A stretch of DNA of 64,000 nt from Anaeromyxobacteraceae bacterium (GTDB lineage Bacteria > Myxococcota > Myxococcia > Myxococcales > Anaeromyxobacteraceae). The notes under the pieces were generated by a model. It was not told the origin of the DNA. It was given only the letters and a program-made list of their open reading frames with translations, and ran no database searches. The stretch covers positions 128,001-192,000 of the forward strand of contig JAULAX010000015.1 of NCBI GenBank assembly GCA_032654565.1, read 5' to 3'. Shown here one piece after another: positions 45,876 to 55,270 of the stretch. Each line of letters starts with the position of its first letter. Positions within the stretch are counted from its first letter, which is position 1. The position numbers and the translations under genes were made by a program.

Positions 45876-48710
45876 TCAGGGAACTACCACCTCAACGCCC
45901 CGGTCCCCGGAAGGAAGGTAGGCGGCGCCATTCAGCAGCAACGCATCGGAGGCCCAGCCGCTGGTCCGGTGGAAGCTGCGGAAGATCGGCTGCCCCGGGG
46001 TATCAACGCGGTAGGCGAGCACCCCCTGCCCGCCCATGCCGCCGGCCCCGAGCAGCAGCCAGCCTTCTCCGGTGGCGAGTGGCCAGGCCCAGGAGGCCTC
46101 GACCTCCTGGGTGGAGGCCAGCTGCAGCTGGGCCAGGTCGATCCCGGCCAGCCGCAACACCGAGCGGCCGCCGCTCCAGTCCCAGGTGGCCGCGTAGGCG
46201 GCATCGGCCGTGACCAGGGCCCCGCCGGCGTACCCGACGAGGTCGACGCTGCCGGCCAGCCGCGCCGTGCCCCGGTCGGTCAGGTCGAGGGCGTGCAGTG
46301 ACGTCCAGGCCCGGTCGGGCGTCCAGTGAGACTCGAGCGTGTAGACGCGGCCACCGCCTGGGGTCGCGGCCAGGAAGGTGCCGGGGACGTTGACCGGCGC
46401 CAGCAGGGCCGGTGCGTTCGGATCGGCCACGTCGATCCGATCGAGGAGATAGCGTCCGCTGCCGTCGAGCCGGTCGAGCGGTTCGAAGTGGGTGAGGTAG
46501 AGCCGGTCGCCAGCGCTGGCCAGACCCCACGACCAGCTGCTGGCAGGGAGCACCACCCGCCCGCCCAGGTGAGGCGCGTCGGGGTCGGTCAGGTCGTAGA
46601 CCAGCACCTCGTCCCCGGCCGGGGCGCCGCCGCCGCCCGTCGGCCCCGCCAGCGCGACCGGATACCAGCCGCGCATGCGGTGGACGGCCAGCACCCGTCC
46701 GTTGCAGACCACCTGGTCGCCCCACCCCCAGCCCCAGAAGGAGCCGAAGCCAGGGAGCCCCATGTCGGCGGTCACCTCGAGCCGGCCGCGCGGGAGTGGG
46801 TGGAGGGGATCGGCGAGGTCCCAGCCTGAGAGCCAGGCCTGGCCGCCGCTGGAGTCGGTGGAGAGGAGCCAGACGAGGTCGCCGGCCACGAACATCCGCG
46901 AGGCCGGGGCGGGCGCCTTGATGCGGGCCAGCGGCACCGGCGCCTCGGGATCGGCCGGGTCCACCACGACCAGCGAGGTGTCGCCGCGCCACCAATCCCC
47001 GGTGAGCGCCACCAGCTTCCCGCGCACCGTGGCCAGCGACCAGGCGGAGCGTGCCAGGTCCAGCCCGGCGCGCTCCCGCGGGGCGTCGCGGTCGGTGGCG
47101 TCGAAGAGCTGGAGCCGCTGGTCGGAGAGGGCGGCCAGCTGGCCGGTCACGCCGGCCGCGCCGACCGGGAAGGCGCGCTGCACCTGACCAGGGTGGGCGA
47201 GGAAGCCGCGCAGCGTCAGCGCCGAGCGCCCCAGGTCGATGAGCTGCACGCCGCCCGCCCAGGACCAGCTCGTGGGATCCCAGCCCTGGAACGGCACCAG
47301 CACCAGCCCCTCGGCGTCCAGCACCTGGAAGGCCTTGCGCAGGTCGTCGGGGGCGGCGTTCACCCAGCCGTAGCCGCTCCCGAAGGTCACCCGGGAGACC
47401 AGGGCCGGGGCCCGTGGATCGGCGACGTCGAAGAGCGAAACCGCCAGCTGCCACGGCGCACCGACCTCGGACACGTGGCCGAGCGCCACCAGCCGGTCGC
47501 CGCGCGGCTCCACGAAGTCGAGCTGGCCGGGCATGACCACGTGGCCGAGCAGGCCAGGGTGGCCGGGATCGGAGAGATCGACGACCCAGAGCGGATCGAT
47601 GCGGGCGGCGGTGACCACGTAGGCCCGGGCGCCGTCGAAGCGGGCGGCGGTGAGCGACTCGGCCACGTCGATGGGGACGACGCCGAGGAGGTTGGCGTCG
47701 GCCGGCGTCGGGGCGGACCAGACGCGGACGTCGGCGCCGGTGTTCCAGGTGCGTCCCAGCACGGCGCGGAAGGTCCCGCTGGCGGCGTCGGCGTCGAGGC
47801 CCCAGCGGTCCTGGACCTGGCCGGGGGCCGCGAAGGTGGCGCCGGCCGCGATGGCGCCGGTGGGGGACGAGATGTCGAAAGCTCGGAAGGTGGTGGCCGG
47901 CGCGCCGGTGCCTGCGTCCCACCCGGACTGGGCCAGCACCGCCCGGTCGGCGGTCACGGCGACGTGCGAGGACCACCCGGTGGCGGCGAACTCGACCCGC
48001 GCCACCGACCGCGGCGTCGCCGGGTCTGCGAAGTCGAAGCTCTGGAGAAAGACGGTGTCGCCACCGGGCGCGGCCACTCCGGCCACCCCGCCCGTGGCAG
48101 GGATCATGGCGTCGTACCATCCCCAGCGGCGGGAGAAGACGTAGAGGACGTCGCCGACGAAGCGGGTCTGCTCCACGAAGCCGTCGACGTCGAGGCGGGA
48201 GACCAGCCGCGGCGCCGCCGGATCGGACACGTCCACGGTCCAGACCTGTGAGCCGGTGCGCGGGCGGGCGGCCCCGGCGTCGGCGACCCAGCTCCAGGCC
48301 AGGGCGTCGGAGACCGCGAAGACAGCGGTGGAGCCGCGCAGGTAGAGGTCGACCGGCTGGCCGACCACCGGGACCTTGCCGACGAGCCGCGGGTTGTCGA
48401 GGTCGGCGAGGTCGAGGATCTGCAGGCCGCGCAGGCCGTTGAGGACGTAGAGCGTCGAGCCCGACCGCTGGTAGACGTCAGCCTCCTCGACGGCGCGCGC
48501 CGGGCCGGGGGTGGGCGTCCCTGCGCCGCCGATGGCCGGCGTGGTGCCCGTGTCGCCACTGGCCCGAGGCCCGGGTCCGCTGCCGGGGGGCTGCGAGAGG
48601 AAGGTCTCGGCCCCCGGGGCGCGATCGGCCCCAGGGGTGCCGATGGTGCAGGCAGCGATCAGGGTGAGCCCGAAGAGGCCGGGGTGGAGAGCGAGGCGAG
48701 TTGGCTTCAT
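45876..48710 (-). CDS. Secreted beta-propeller domain lipoprotein
   Basis: Lipobox-like IAAC; VEEADV...LYVL; ARFDGARAYVVT...DPLWVVDLSDP; repeated D-x-x-DP-x-x-P blades. Confidence 0.82.
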   Translation of the reverse strand: MKPTRLALHPGLFGLTLIAACTIGTPGADRAPGAETFLSQPPGSGPGPRASGDTGTTPAIGGAGTPTPGPARAVEEADVYQRSGSTLYVLNGLRGLQILDLADLDNPRLVGKVPVVGQPVDLYLRGSTAVFAVSDALAWSWVADAGAARPRTGSQVWTVDVSDPAAPRLVSRLDVDGFVEQTRFVGDVLYVFSRRWGWYDAMIPATGGVAGVAAPGGDTVFLQSFDFADPATPRSVARVEFAATGWSSHVAVTADRAVLAQSGWDAGTGAPATTFRAFDISSPTGAIAAGATFAAPGQVQDRWGLDADAASGTFRAVLGRTWNTGADVRVWSAPTPADANLLGVVPIDVAESLTAARFDGARAYVVTAARIDPLWVVDLSDPGHPGLLGHVVMPGQLDFVEPRGDRLVALGHVSEVGAPWQLAVSLFDVADPRAPALVSRVTFGSGYGWVNAAPDDLRKAFQVLDAEGLVLVPFQGWDPTSWSWAGGVQLIDLGRSALTLRGFLAHPGQVQRAFPVGAAGVTGQLAALSDQRLQLFDATDRDAPRERAGLDLARSAWSLATVRGKLVALTGDWWRGDTSLVVVDPADPEAPVPLARIKAPAPASRMFVAGDLVWLLSTDSSGGQAWLSGWDLADPLHPLPRGRLEVTADMGLPGFGSFWGWGWGDQVVCNGRVLAVHRMRGWYPVALAGPTGGGGAPAGDEVLVYDLTDPDAPHLGGRVVLPASSWSWGLASAGDRLYLTHFEPLDRLDGSGRYLLDRIDVADPNAPALLAPVNVPGTFLAATPGGGRVYTLESHWTPDRAWTSLHALDLTDRGTARLAGSVDLVGYAGGALVTADAAYAATWDWSGGRSVLRLAGIDLAQLQLASTQEVEASWAWPLATGEGWLLLGAGGMGGQGVLAYRVDTPGQPIFRSFHRTSGWASDALLLNGAAYLPSGDRGVEVVVP

Positions 48711-48774
48711 GGCGCCCTCCTGGCGCGAGGAGGCCAACATGGTACCACCGGCGCGACCCCCGACCCGACCCCGA

Positions 48775-48826
48775 CCCGACCGAGAGTACCGCGGGACGGC
48801 CGGGGGTCCGCGGGACGGCCGGTGAC
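48775..48826 (+). repeat. Repeat-family copy at the left flank of the transposase
   Basis: CCCGACCGAGAGTACCG followed by 2x CCGCGGGACGGCCGG; preceded by a CCCGACC stutter (48759-48780). Confidence 0.8.
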
Positions 48827-48862
48827 GGCTGAGGAAAACCCAAAGGGAATGCGGGGCTCCGG

Positions 48863-48878
48863 TGGCACGGGGCCTGCC
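48863..48878 (+). promoter_or_regulatory. Sigma54 (-24/-12) promoter immediately upstream of the transposase
   Basis: TGGCACG-GGGC-CTGCC has a perfect -24 element and GG-N10-GC spacing. Confidence 0.6.
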
Positions 48879-48890
48879 TTACCCAGAGGC

Positions 48891-49775
48891 ATGACCGCCC
48901 CCCGACAGGTCCTCCCCGGCACCACCTACCTCGTCACCCGCCGCTGCACCCAGCGCCAGTTCCTCCTTCGCCCCTCCAGGCCGGCCAGCCAGGTCTTCCT
49001 CTACCTCCTCGCGGTCGCCGCCGAGCGCTACGGCATCGAGGTCCACGCCTACTGCGTCATGTCGAACCACTACCACCTGGTGGTGACCGACCCCCACGCC
49101 CGCCTCCCGCTGTTCCACCTCTTCCTCGACGGCCTCGCCGGCCGGGCCCTCAACGCCCTGCTCGGTCGTCGCGAGGACTTCTGGGGCCCCGACAGCTACA
49201 GCGCCGTCGAGCTGGCCAGCCCGCAGGCCGTCGTCGACAAGGCCGCCTACACCCTGGCCAACCCGGTGGCGGCCGGGCTGGTCCGGTCGGCCCGTCGCTG
49301 GCCGGGGCTCTGGTCATCGCCTGACGAGGTGGGAGCAACCGGGCGCCAGGTGAAGCGCCCCACCCACTTCTTCGACCAGAAGGGGACCATGCCCGAGTCG
49401 GCGACCCTCACGCTCACCACCCCGCCCGGGTTTCCCACCGCCGCCGCGTTCCGGGACCGGCTCTCCGCCGCGCTCGCAGAGCGGGAGGCCGTGGCGGTGA
49501 AGAAGGTCGGCACCTTCCTCGGCGTGGCCAAGGTGCTGGCGCAGAAGACCACCGCCCGAGCCAGGGAGCCGCAGCCGCTCGGCCAGCTCAACCCGAGGGT
49601 GGCGGCGCGCGACAGGTGGAAGCGGATCGAGGCGCTGGGCAGGCTGGTGGGCTTCCTCGCCGACTACCGGGCGGCGTTGCACCAGTGGCGCGCCGGCAAC
49701 AGGAGCGCCGTCTTCCCTGCCGGCACCTACCTGATGCGGGTCGCCTGCGGTGTCGCCTGCGCCGGCGCTGGTTAG
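48891..49775 (+). mobile_element. HUH/Y1 (IS200-fold, RAYT-like) tyrosine transposase, 294 aa
   Basis: YLVTRRC, YCVMSNHYHLVV (HUH), FWGPDSY, YTLANPVAAGLV (catalytic Y...NP) and WPGLWSS; no tnpB. Confidence 0.88.
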
Positions 49776-50007
49776 CCGCGACGACCACGCGGGCCTCACC
49801 ACCCTCGCCACCAGCAGTCTCCGGGAGCCACCCAGGCCTCGAGGGGCCGAGGCGTGTGCCCCTGCCCTCACCGAGCGCTTCTGGCAGCCCGACGCGCTGC
49901 GGCCTCAACCCCCGCTGAGGCACCACCACACCACCTCGGCGCCTCCCTGACCAACGATCGCGGCCCCGGACCCCCAACGACCCCTGGCCGAGGCCGGCCT
50001 CGCCGAG

Positions 50008-50024
50008 CCGAACCCTCGGTCGGG
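50008..50024 (-). repeat. Inverted repeat-family copy at the right flank of the transposase
   Basis: Reverse complement reads CCCGACCGAGGGTTCGG. Confidence 0.82.
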
Positions 50025-50037
50025 AACACGGGAACAA

Positions 50038-50781
50038 CTACTTCCCGGCTCGCCGGGTGCCCGGCGGCAGCTTCACCTCGAACGCGGCGTCGGCGAGGCC
50101 GCCGTTGCGCCTGATGTCCCGGAAGACCAGGCGGTTCTCGTTGCCGGCGCCGTCGACCACGGTGGTGGCCAGCACCTCGCCCTCCGGCCCGACGCTGAAG
50201 ACCAGCCGGGCCACCCGCGGGTCGGCCACCCGGGGCCGCAGCACCAGCGCCCCGCCCTCGGCCAGCGAGGACTCGAAGTCGCGGGTCAGCTCCCCCCGCC
50301 CCAGCAGGAAGGCCACCGCCGCGGTCATGGCGGTGGCGTCGAACTGCTCGTCGACGTAGGCCTGCTGCTCCTCCGGCTCGTACTGCACCAGCCGCCTGCC
50401 GGTCACCGCCACCACCTTCACCGATGGTGACTGATAGTCCCAGCGCATCAGGCCGGGCTTCTTCACCTTGAGCGCCCCGGTGGAGGTGAGCTTCCGCCCC
50501 AGGCCGGCGTAGACGTAGGTCTGGGTGAAGGCGGCCTCGAGGTCGCGGGTCTTCTCGTAGAAGGCCTGCACCTTGCGGGTCAGCTCGACGGCGGAGGGCG
50601 ACCCGGCGGCAGGAGCCGTCCCGGTCACCGCGACCGGAGCCTTCCCCGTGATCGCGGCCATTCCCTTCAGCGGGGCCGCGGCCGTCCCCGTCGCCGCGGC
50701 CGTCGCCGGCCCCCCTCCCCCCTCCGAAGCGGGAAGCACCAGGGCGGCGGCGAGCAGGGCGGCGAGGGTCGAGATGGGCAT
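50038..50781 (-). CDS. lolA: Outer-membrane lipoprotein carrier LolA family protein
   Basis: LEAAFTQ, GALKVKKPGLMRWDY, YEPEEQQ and C-terminal AFEVKLPPG. Confidence 0.85.
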   Translation of the reverse strand: MPISTLAALLAAALVLPASEGGGGPATAAATGTAAAPLKGMAAITGKAPVAVTGTAPAAGSPSAVELTRKVQAFYEKTRDLEAAFTQTYVYAGLGRKLTSTGALKVKKPGLMRWDYQSPSVKVVAVTGRRLVQYEPEEQQAYVDEQFDATAMTAAVAFLLGRGELTRDFESSLAEGGALVLRPRVADPRVARLVFSVGPEGEVLATTVVDGAGNENRLVFRDIRRNGGLADAAFEVKLPPGTRRAGK

Positions 50782-50877
50782 GTGGCCTGCGTTAGCAGGG
50801 ACGGCCCGGGCGCGCAAAGATTCAGGGGCGGGGCGCCTTGACCTGAGGGGGCCGCCGGGGTGATCCTCCGCGGTCCA

Positions 50878-51192
50878 ATGCGTCCCCTCGCCGTGCTCTT
50901 CGTCGTCACCGCCAGCCTCGCCCTGCAGGGGTGTAGCAACACCTGCCAGGACCTCGGCGACCGGCTCTGCCAGTGCTCCGGCGCCGGCTCCACCCGCGAC
51001 GCCTGCAAGACCGAGATCAAGAACCAGCTCTCCGCCGCCGGCGTCCACTCCGACGACGAGGCGGTCTGCTCCGCGGTGCTGGCCACCTGCACTCCTCCCG
51101 CCGGCGCCGCCTTCTGCGAGTGGATCAACACCGGGTGCGGAAAGGCCTCCTGCGGCCTCTCCAACGAGACACCCGCCAGCGTCTGCAAGTGA
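50878..51192 (+). CDS. Small Cys-rich lipoprotein (lipobox Cys + 10 Cys)
   Basis: Lipobox LQGC; GTGA overlap with metH. Confidence 0.8.
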   Translation: MRPLAVLFVVTASLALQGCSNTCQDLGDRLCQCSGAGSTRDACKTEIKNQLSAAGVHSDDEAVCSAVLATCTPPAGAAFCEWINTGCGKASCGLSNETPASVCK

Positions 51193-54100
51193 CCTTCCGC
51201 GAGGCCATCGCCCGGCGGGTCCTGGTCTTCGACGGGGCCATGGGCACGCAGATCCAGGGGGAGCACCTCACCCTCTCCGACTTCGGCGGCAAGGAGGGGG
51301 CCAACGACCTCCTCACCCTGACCCGCCCGGATCTCATCGAGGAGATCCACGGCCGCTACTTCGCCGCCGGCTGCGACGTGGTCGAGACCAACACCTTCGG
51401 CTCGTCGCGGCTCAAGCTCGACGAGTACGGCGTCGGCCACCGCACCTACGAGGTCAACTTCCGCGCCGCCATCCTGGCGCGGCGGGCCGCCGAGCGCCAC
51501 GCCACCAAGGAGCAGCCCCGCTTCGTGGCCGGCTCGATGGGCCCCACCGGCATGCTCCCCTCGTCGTCGGATCCCTCGCTCGGCAACATCACCGCCGACG
51601 CCCTGGAGCGGATCTACTTCGAGCAGGCCAAGGGGTTGATCGAGGGGGGCGTCGACGCCCTCATCCTCGAGACCCACCAGGACATGCTGGAGCTGCGCGC
51701 CGCGGTGCTGGGCGCCGACGCCTGCCGCCGCGAGCTGATGCGCGACGTCTTCATCATCGCCCAGCCCACCCTCATCGACCAGAACGGCCGCATGCTGCTC
51801 GGCACCGACGTCGCCAGCGCCCTGGCCACGCTGGAGCGGCTGCCGGTCGACGCCGTCGGCCTCAACTGCTCCACCGGCCCCGCCGAGATGCGCGAGGCGG
51901 TCCGCTACCTCGGCGAGCACTGCAGCCACTACGTCTCGGTGCTGCCCAACGCCGGCATGCCGGAGAACGTCGACGGCAAGGCGGTCTACAAGCTCTCCCC
52001 CGACGACCTGGCCGAGGCCCTGGCCGGCTTCGTCTCCGAGTTCAGGGTCGACCTGGTGGGCGGCTGCTGCGGCACCACCCCGGCGCACCTCGCCGCGGTG
52101 GTGGCCCGCCTCAAGACCGTCCGCGCCCCGCGCCGGGTGCGGCCCCTCCCCGGCCCCGAGCTCTCCTCGGCCATGAAGGCGGTGCCGCTGACGCTGGAGC
52201 CGCGCCCGCTGCTGGTGGGCGAGCGGCTCAACTCGCAGGGCTCGCGCAAGGTCAAGGAGCTGCTCATCGCCGACGACTACCCCGGGCTGCTGCAGATCGC
52301 CCGCGGCCAGGTCGAGGCAGGCGCCCACGTGCTCGACGTCTGCGTGGCCCTCAACGAGCGCGAGGACGAGGGGGCGCAGATGCGCGCCCTGGTGAAGCTG
52401 CTGGCCCAGGCCGTCGACGCGCCGCTGATGATCGACTCCACCGAGCCCGACGTCATCGAGTCGGCGCTCAAGGTCTACCCGGGGCGCTGCATCGTCAACT
52501 CCATCAACCTGGAGAAGAGCGGCGAGCGGGTCCGCAAGGTGCTGCCGCTGGTGAAGCGCTACGGCGCCGCGGTGGTCTGCATGACCATCGACGAGAAGGG
52601 GATGGCGCAGAGCGCCGACCGCAAGGCCGAGATCGCGGCGCGCATCGTCACCGTGGCCCGGGAGTACGGCCTCGAGCCCGACTGCCTGATCTTCGACGCC
52701 CTGACCTTCACGCTCGCCACCGGCGGCGAGGAGTACCGGCACAGCGCGGTGGAGACGCTGGAGGGGATCCGCCGCATCAAGGCCGAGACCCCGGGCGTGC
52801 TCACCACCCTGGGCGTCTCCAACGTCAGCTTCGGCCTCGCCAAGCACGCCCGCGAGGTGATCAACTCGGTCTTCCTCTACCACGCGGTCAAGGCCGGCCT
52901 CGACCTGGCCATCATCAACCCCAAGGACGTCACCCCCTACCCGGCCATCGGCGAGGTCGAGCGAACCCTGGCCGAGGAGCTGATCTTCGATCGCCGCCCC
53001 GACGCCCTGGCCCGCCTCATCGCCCACTTCGGCGAGAAGGGGGCGGAGAAGGCCCCCCCGGCCGAGGACCTGCTGGCCGGCAAGAGCGTCGAGGAGCGGA
53101 TCCACCTGCAGATCCTCCACCGCCGCCCCGAGGGGATCGAGGCGCTCATCGACGACGCCCTGACCCGCCGCCCGGCGGTGGCGGTGCTCAACGAGGTGCT
53201 GCTGCCGGCCATGAAGGACGTCGGCGACAAGTTCGGCGCCGGCGAGCTGATCCTCCCCTTCGTGCTGCAGTCGGCCGAGGTGATGAAGAAGGCGGTCGGC
53301 CACCTCGAGCAGTTCCTCGAGAAGAAGGCCGGCTCCACCAAGGGCACGGTGGTGCTGGCCACGGTCTACGGCGACGTCCACGACATCGGCAAGAACCTGG
53401 TCAAGACCATCCTCGCCAACAACGGCTTCACCGTGCACGACCTCGGCAAGCAGGTGCCGGTGGCCACCATCATCGAGAAGGCGGTCGAGGTGGGCGCCGA
53501 CGCCATCGGCCTCTCGGCGCTGCTGGTCTCCACCTCCAAGCAGATGCCCTTCTGCGTCGAGGAGCTGAGCCGCCGAAACCTGCAGTTCCCGGTCATCATC
53601 GGCGGCGCCGCCATCAACCGCCGCTTCGGCTACAAGACCCACTTCGTGCAGGGCGGCACCCCGTACGCCGGCGGCGTCTTCTACGCCAAGGACGCCTTCG
53701 AGGGGCTGGAGCTGATCCAGCAACTGGTCGACCCCACGCGGCGCGACGCCCTCAAGCGCGCCGTGCTGGAGAAGGCCATCCACGGGCGCGACGCCCCCGC
53801 CGCCGAGCCGCCTCCCAAGCCACCGCCGGGGGCCCGCTCCAGCGTCGGGCTGGCCGCCAAGGTCCCGACGCCGCCGTTCTGGGGGGCGCGCACCGTGCTC
53901 TCCGGCGAGATCCCGCTCTCCGACCTCTGGCCGCGGCTCGACCTCAACGAGCTCTACAAGCTGCAGTGGGGGGTGCGAGCCAAGGGGGCGGAGTACGAGC
54001 GGATGATCCGCGAGGAGTTCGCCCCCAAGCTCGAGGAGCTCAAGGCCGAGGCCCAGGCCCAGGGCTGGATCCAGCCCAAGGTGGTCTACGGCTACTGGCC

Positions 54101-54635
54101 CTGCCACGCCGAGGGCGAGGAGCTGGTGATCCTCGACCCGGTCCACCGCAAGGCCGAGCTGGCCCGCCTGCGCTTCCCCCGCCAGCCCGACGAGCGGCTG
54201 CTCTGCCTCGCCGACTACTTCAGGTCGGAGCCGGGGAGCGACGTCTGCGCCTTCCAGGTGGTCACGGTGGGCGACGCCGCCTCGCGCCTCGCCGACGAGG
54301 CCAACGCCCGCGGCGACTACTCGCGCAGCCTCTTCGTCCACGGGCTGGCGGTGGAGGTGGCCGAGGCGCTGGCCGAGCACTGGCACCGGATGGTCAAGGC
54401 CGAGCTGGGGATGGGGCCGGACCAGGGCAAGCGCTACAGCCCCGGCTACCCCTCCTGGCCGGAGCTGACCGACCAGCGCCAGCTCTGGACGCTGCTCGAC
54501 CCGGAGCGGGCCATCGGCGTGTCGCTCACCGACGCCTGCCAGATGGTGCCGGAGCAGTCGACCAGCGCCATCGTGCTGCACCACCCGGAGGCGGTCTACT
54601 TCACCATCCGCGGGCAGTCGGTGCTGGCGGGCTGA
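51189..54635 (+). CDS. metH: Cobalamin-dependent methionine synthase (GTG start)
   Basis: DGAMGT, ETNTF, GLNC, GGCCGT, pterin domain, GDVHDIGKNLV (DxHxxG) and RYSPGYP. Confidence 0.96.
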   Translation: MTFREAIARRVLVFDGAMGTQIQGEHLTLSDFGGKEGANDLLTLTRPDLIEEIHGRYFAAGCDVVETNTFGSSRLKLDEYGVGHRTYEVNFRAAILARRAAERHATKEQPRFVAGSMGPTGMLPSSSDPSLGNITADALERIYFEQAKGLIEGGVDALILETHQDMLELRAAVLGADACRRELMRDVFIIAQPTLIDQNGRMLLGTDVASALATLERLPVDAVGLNCSTGPAEMREAVRYLGEHCSHYVSVLPNAGMPENVDGKAVYKLSPDDLAEALAGFVSEFRVDLVGGCCGTTPAHLAAVVARLKTVRAPRRVRPLPGPELSSAMKAVPLTLEPRPLLVGERLNSQGSRKVKELLIADDYPGLLQIARGQVEAGAHVLDVCVALNEREDEGAQMRALVKLLAQAVDAPLMIDSTEPDVIESALKVYPGRCIVNSINLEKSGERVRKVLPLVKRYGAAVVCMTIDEKGMAQSADRKAEIAARIVTVAREYGLEPDCLIFDALTFTLATGGEEYRHSAVETLEGIRRIKAETPGVLTTLGVSNVSFGLAKHAREVINSVFLYHAVKAGLDLAIINPKDVTPYPAIGEVERTLAEELIFDRRPDALARLIAHFGEKGAEKAPPAEDLLAGKSVEERIHLQILHRRPEGIEALIDDALTRRPAVAVLNEVLLPAMKDVGDKFGAGELILPFVLQSAEVMKKAVGHLEQFLEKKAGSTKGTVVLATVYGDVHDIGKNLVKTILANNGFTVHDLGKQVPVATIIEKAVEVGADAIGLSALLVSTSKQMPFCVEELSRRNLQFPVIIGGAAINRRFGYKTHFVQGGTPYAGGVFYAKDAFEGLELIQQLVDPTRRDALKRAVLEKAIHGRDAPAAEPPPKPPPGARSSVGLAAKVPTPPFWGARTVLSGEIPLSDLWPRLDLNELYKLQWGVRAKGAEYERMIREEFAPKLEELKAEAQAQGWIQPKVVYGYWPCHAEGEELVILDPVHRKAELARLRFPRQPDERLLCLADYFRSEPGSDVCAFQVVTVGDAASRLADEANARGDYSRSLFVHGLAVEVAEALAEHWHRMVKAELGMGPDQGKRYSPGYPSWPELTDQRQLWTLLDPERAIGVSLTDACQMVPEQSTSAIVLHHPEAVYFTIRGQSVLAG

Positions 54636-54719
54636 TCCCCGCCAGCCCCCGACCGCGCGAGGCCGGGCGAGGCCTGGTGCCCCGCCCCAGGCACGATGAC
54701 GTGACGAGGGAGCCGGGAC

Positions 54720-55061
54720 CTACGTCTTCTCGACCTTGCTGGCGGTGATGGTCTTCTTGCCGGCCGCCTCGGTCACCGTCCCGGTCACCTTCACCGGCAG
54801 CGTCTTCTCGCAGGCGGCCATGGTGAGCGGCTTGGTGACGGCGTTGTCGGCCAGCGCGTAGACCACCTCCTTGGCCCCGTCCTTCACCACCACCACGTTG
54901 GTGCAGCCGTTGACGCCGGGCGTCTTCAGGATGCACATGGCGCAGGCCAGCTTGCCGGTGATGGTCACCTCCTTGGCGGCCTCGGCGGCGGTGGCGGTGG
55001 TGGCGGCGGCGAGCAGGCCGGCGCAGGCGACGGCGGCGACGGTGCGGAGCAGCTTGGTCAT
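54720..55061 (-). CDS. Small secreted protein with CxxC plus 2 Cys (DUF6370-like)
   Basis: Signal peptide; ITGKLACAMC...GC...AAC...VKVTGTV. Confidence 0.75.
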   Translation of the reverse strand: MTKLLRTVAAVACAGLLAAATTATAAEAAKEVTITGKLACAMCILKTPGVNGCTNVVVVKDGAKEVVYALADNAVTKPLTMAACEKTLPVKVTGTVTEAAGKKTITASKVEKT

Positions 55062-55270
55062 GTGTGTTCCCCTGGGGTTCGCGGGGCGTGAGCGCCCTCG
55101 AGCGAGGACCGGACTCTACGCGGAGGGACGGGGCCACTCAACGTGGCGTCGGCGCCCTTCCCGGGGCGCGTCGGCGTGTCGCAAAGGTCGCCGCGGCCGG
55201 CGGGTCGACGGGTCGGCGGAGCGGCATATCGACGTATCGGCGTGACGGACGCGCCGGACGTGCCGGCTTC

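Noticed and set aside
48891..49775. IS605/OMEGA element with TnpB or IscB
   Set aside because: No RuvC-type nuclease ORF is adjacent
50667..54584. 1305-aa minus-strand ORF (and similar long ORFs at 4859-7582, 24867-27779, 40286-43531)
   Set aside because: Shadow or off-frame ORFs overlapping genes with clear motifs; no domain signatures
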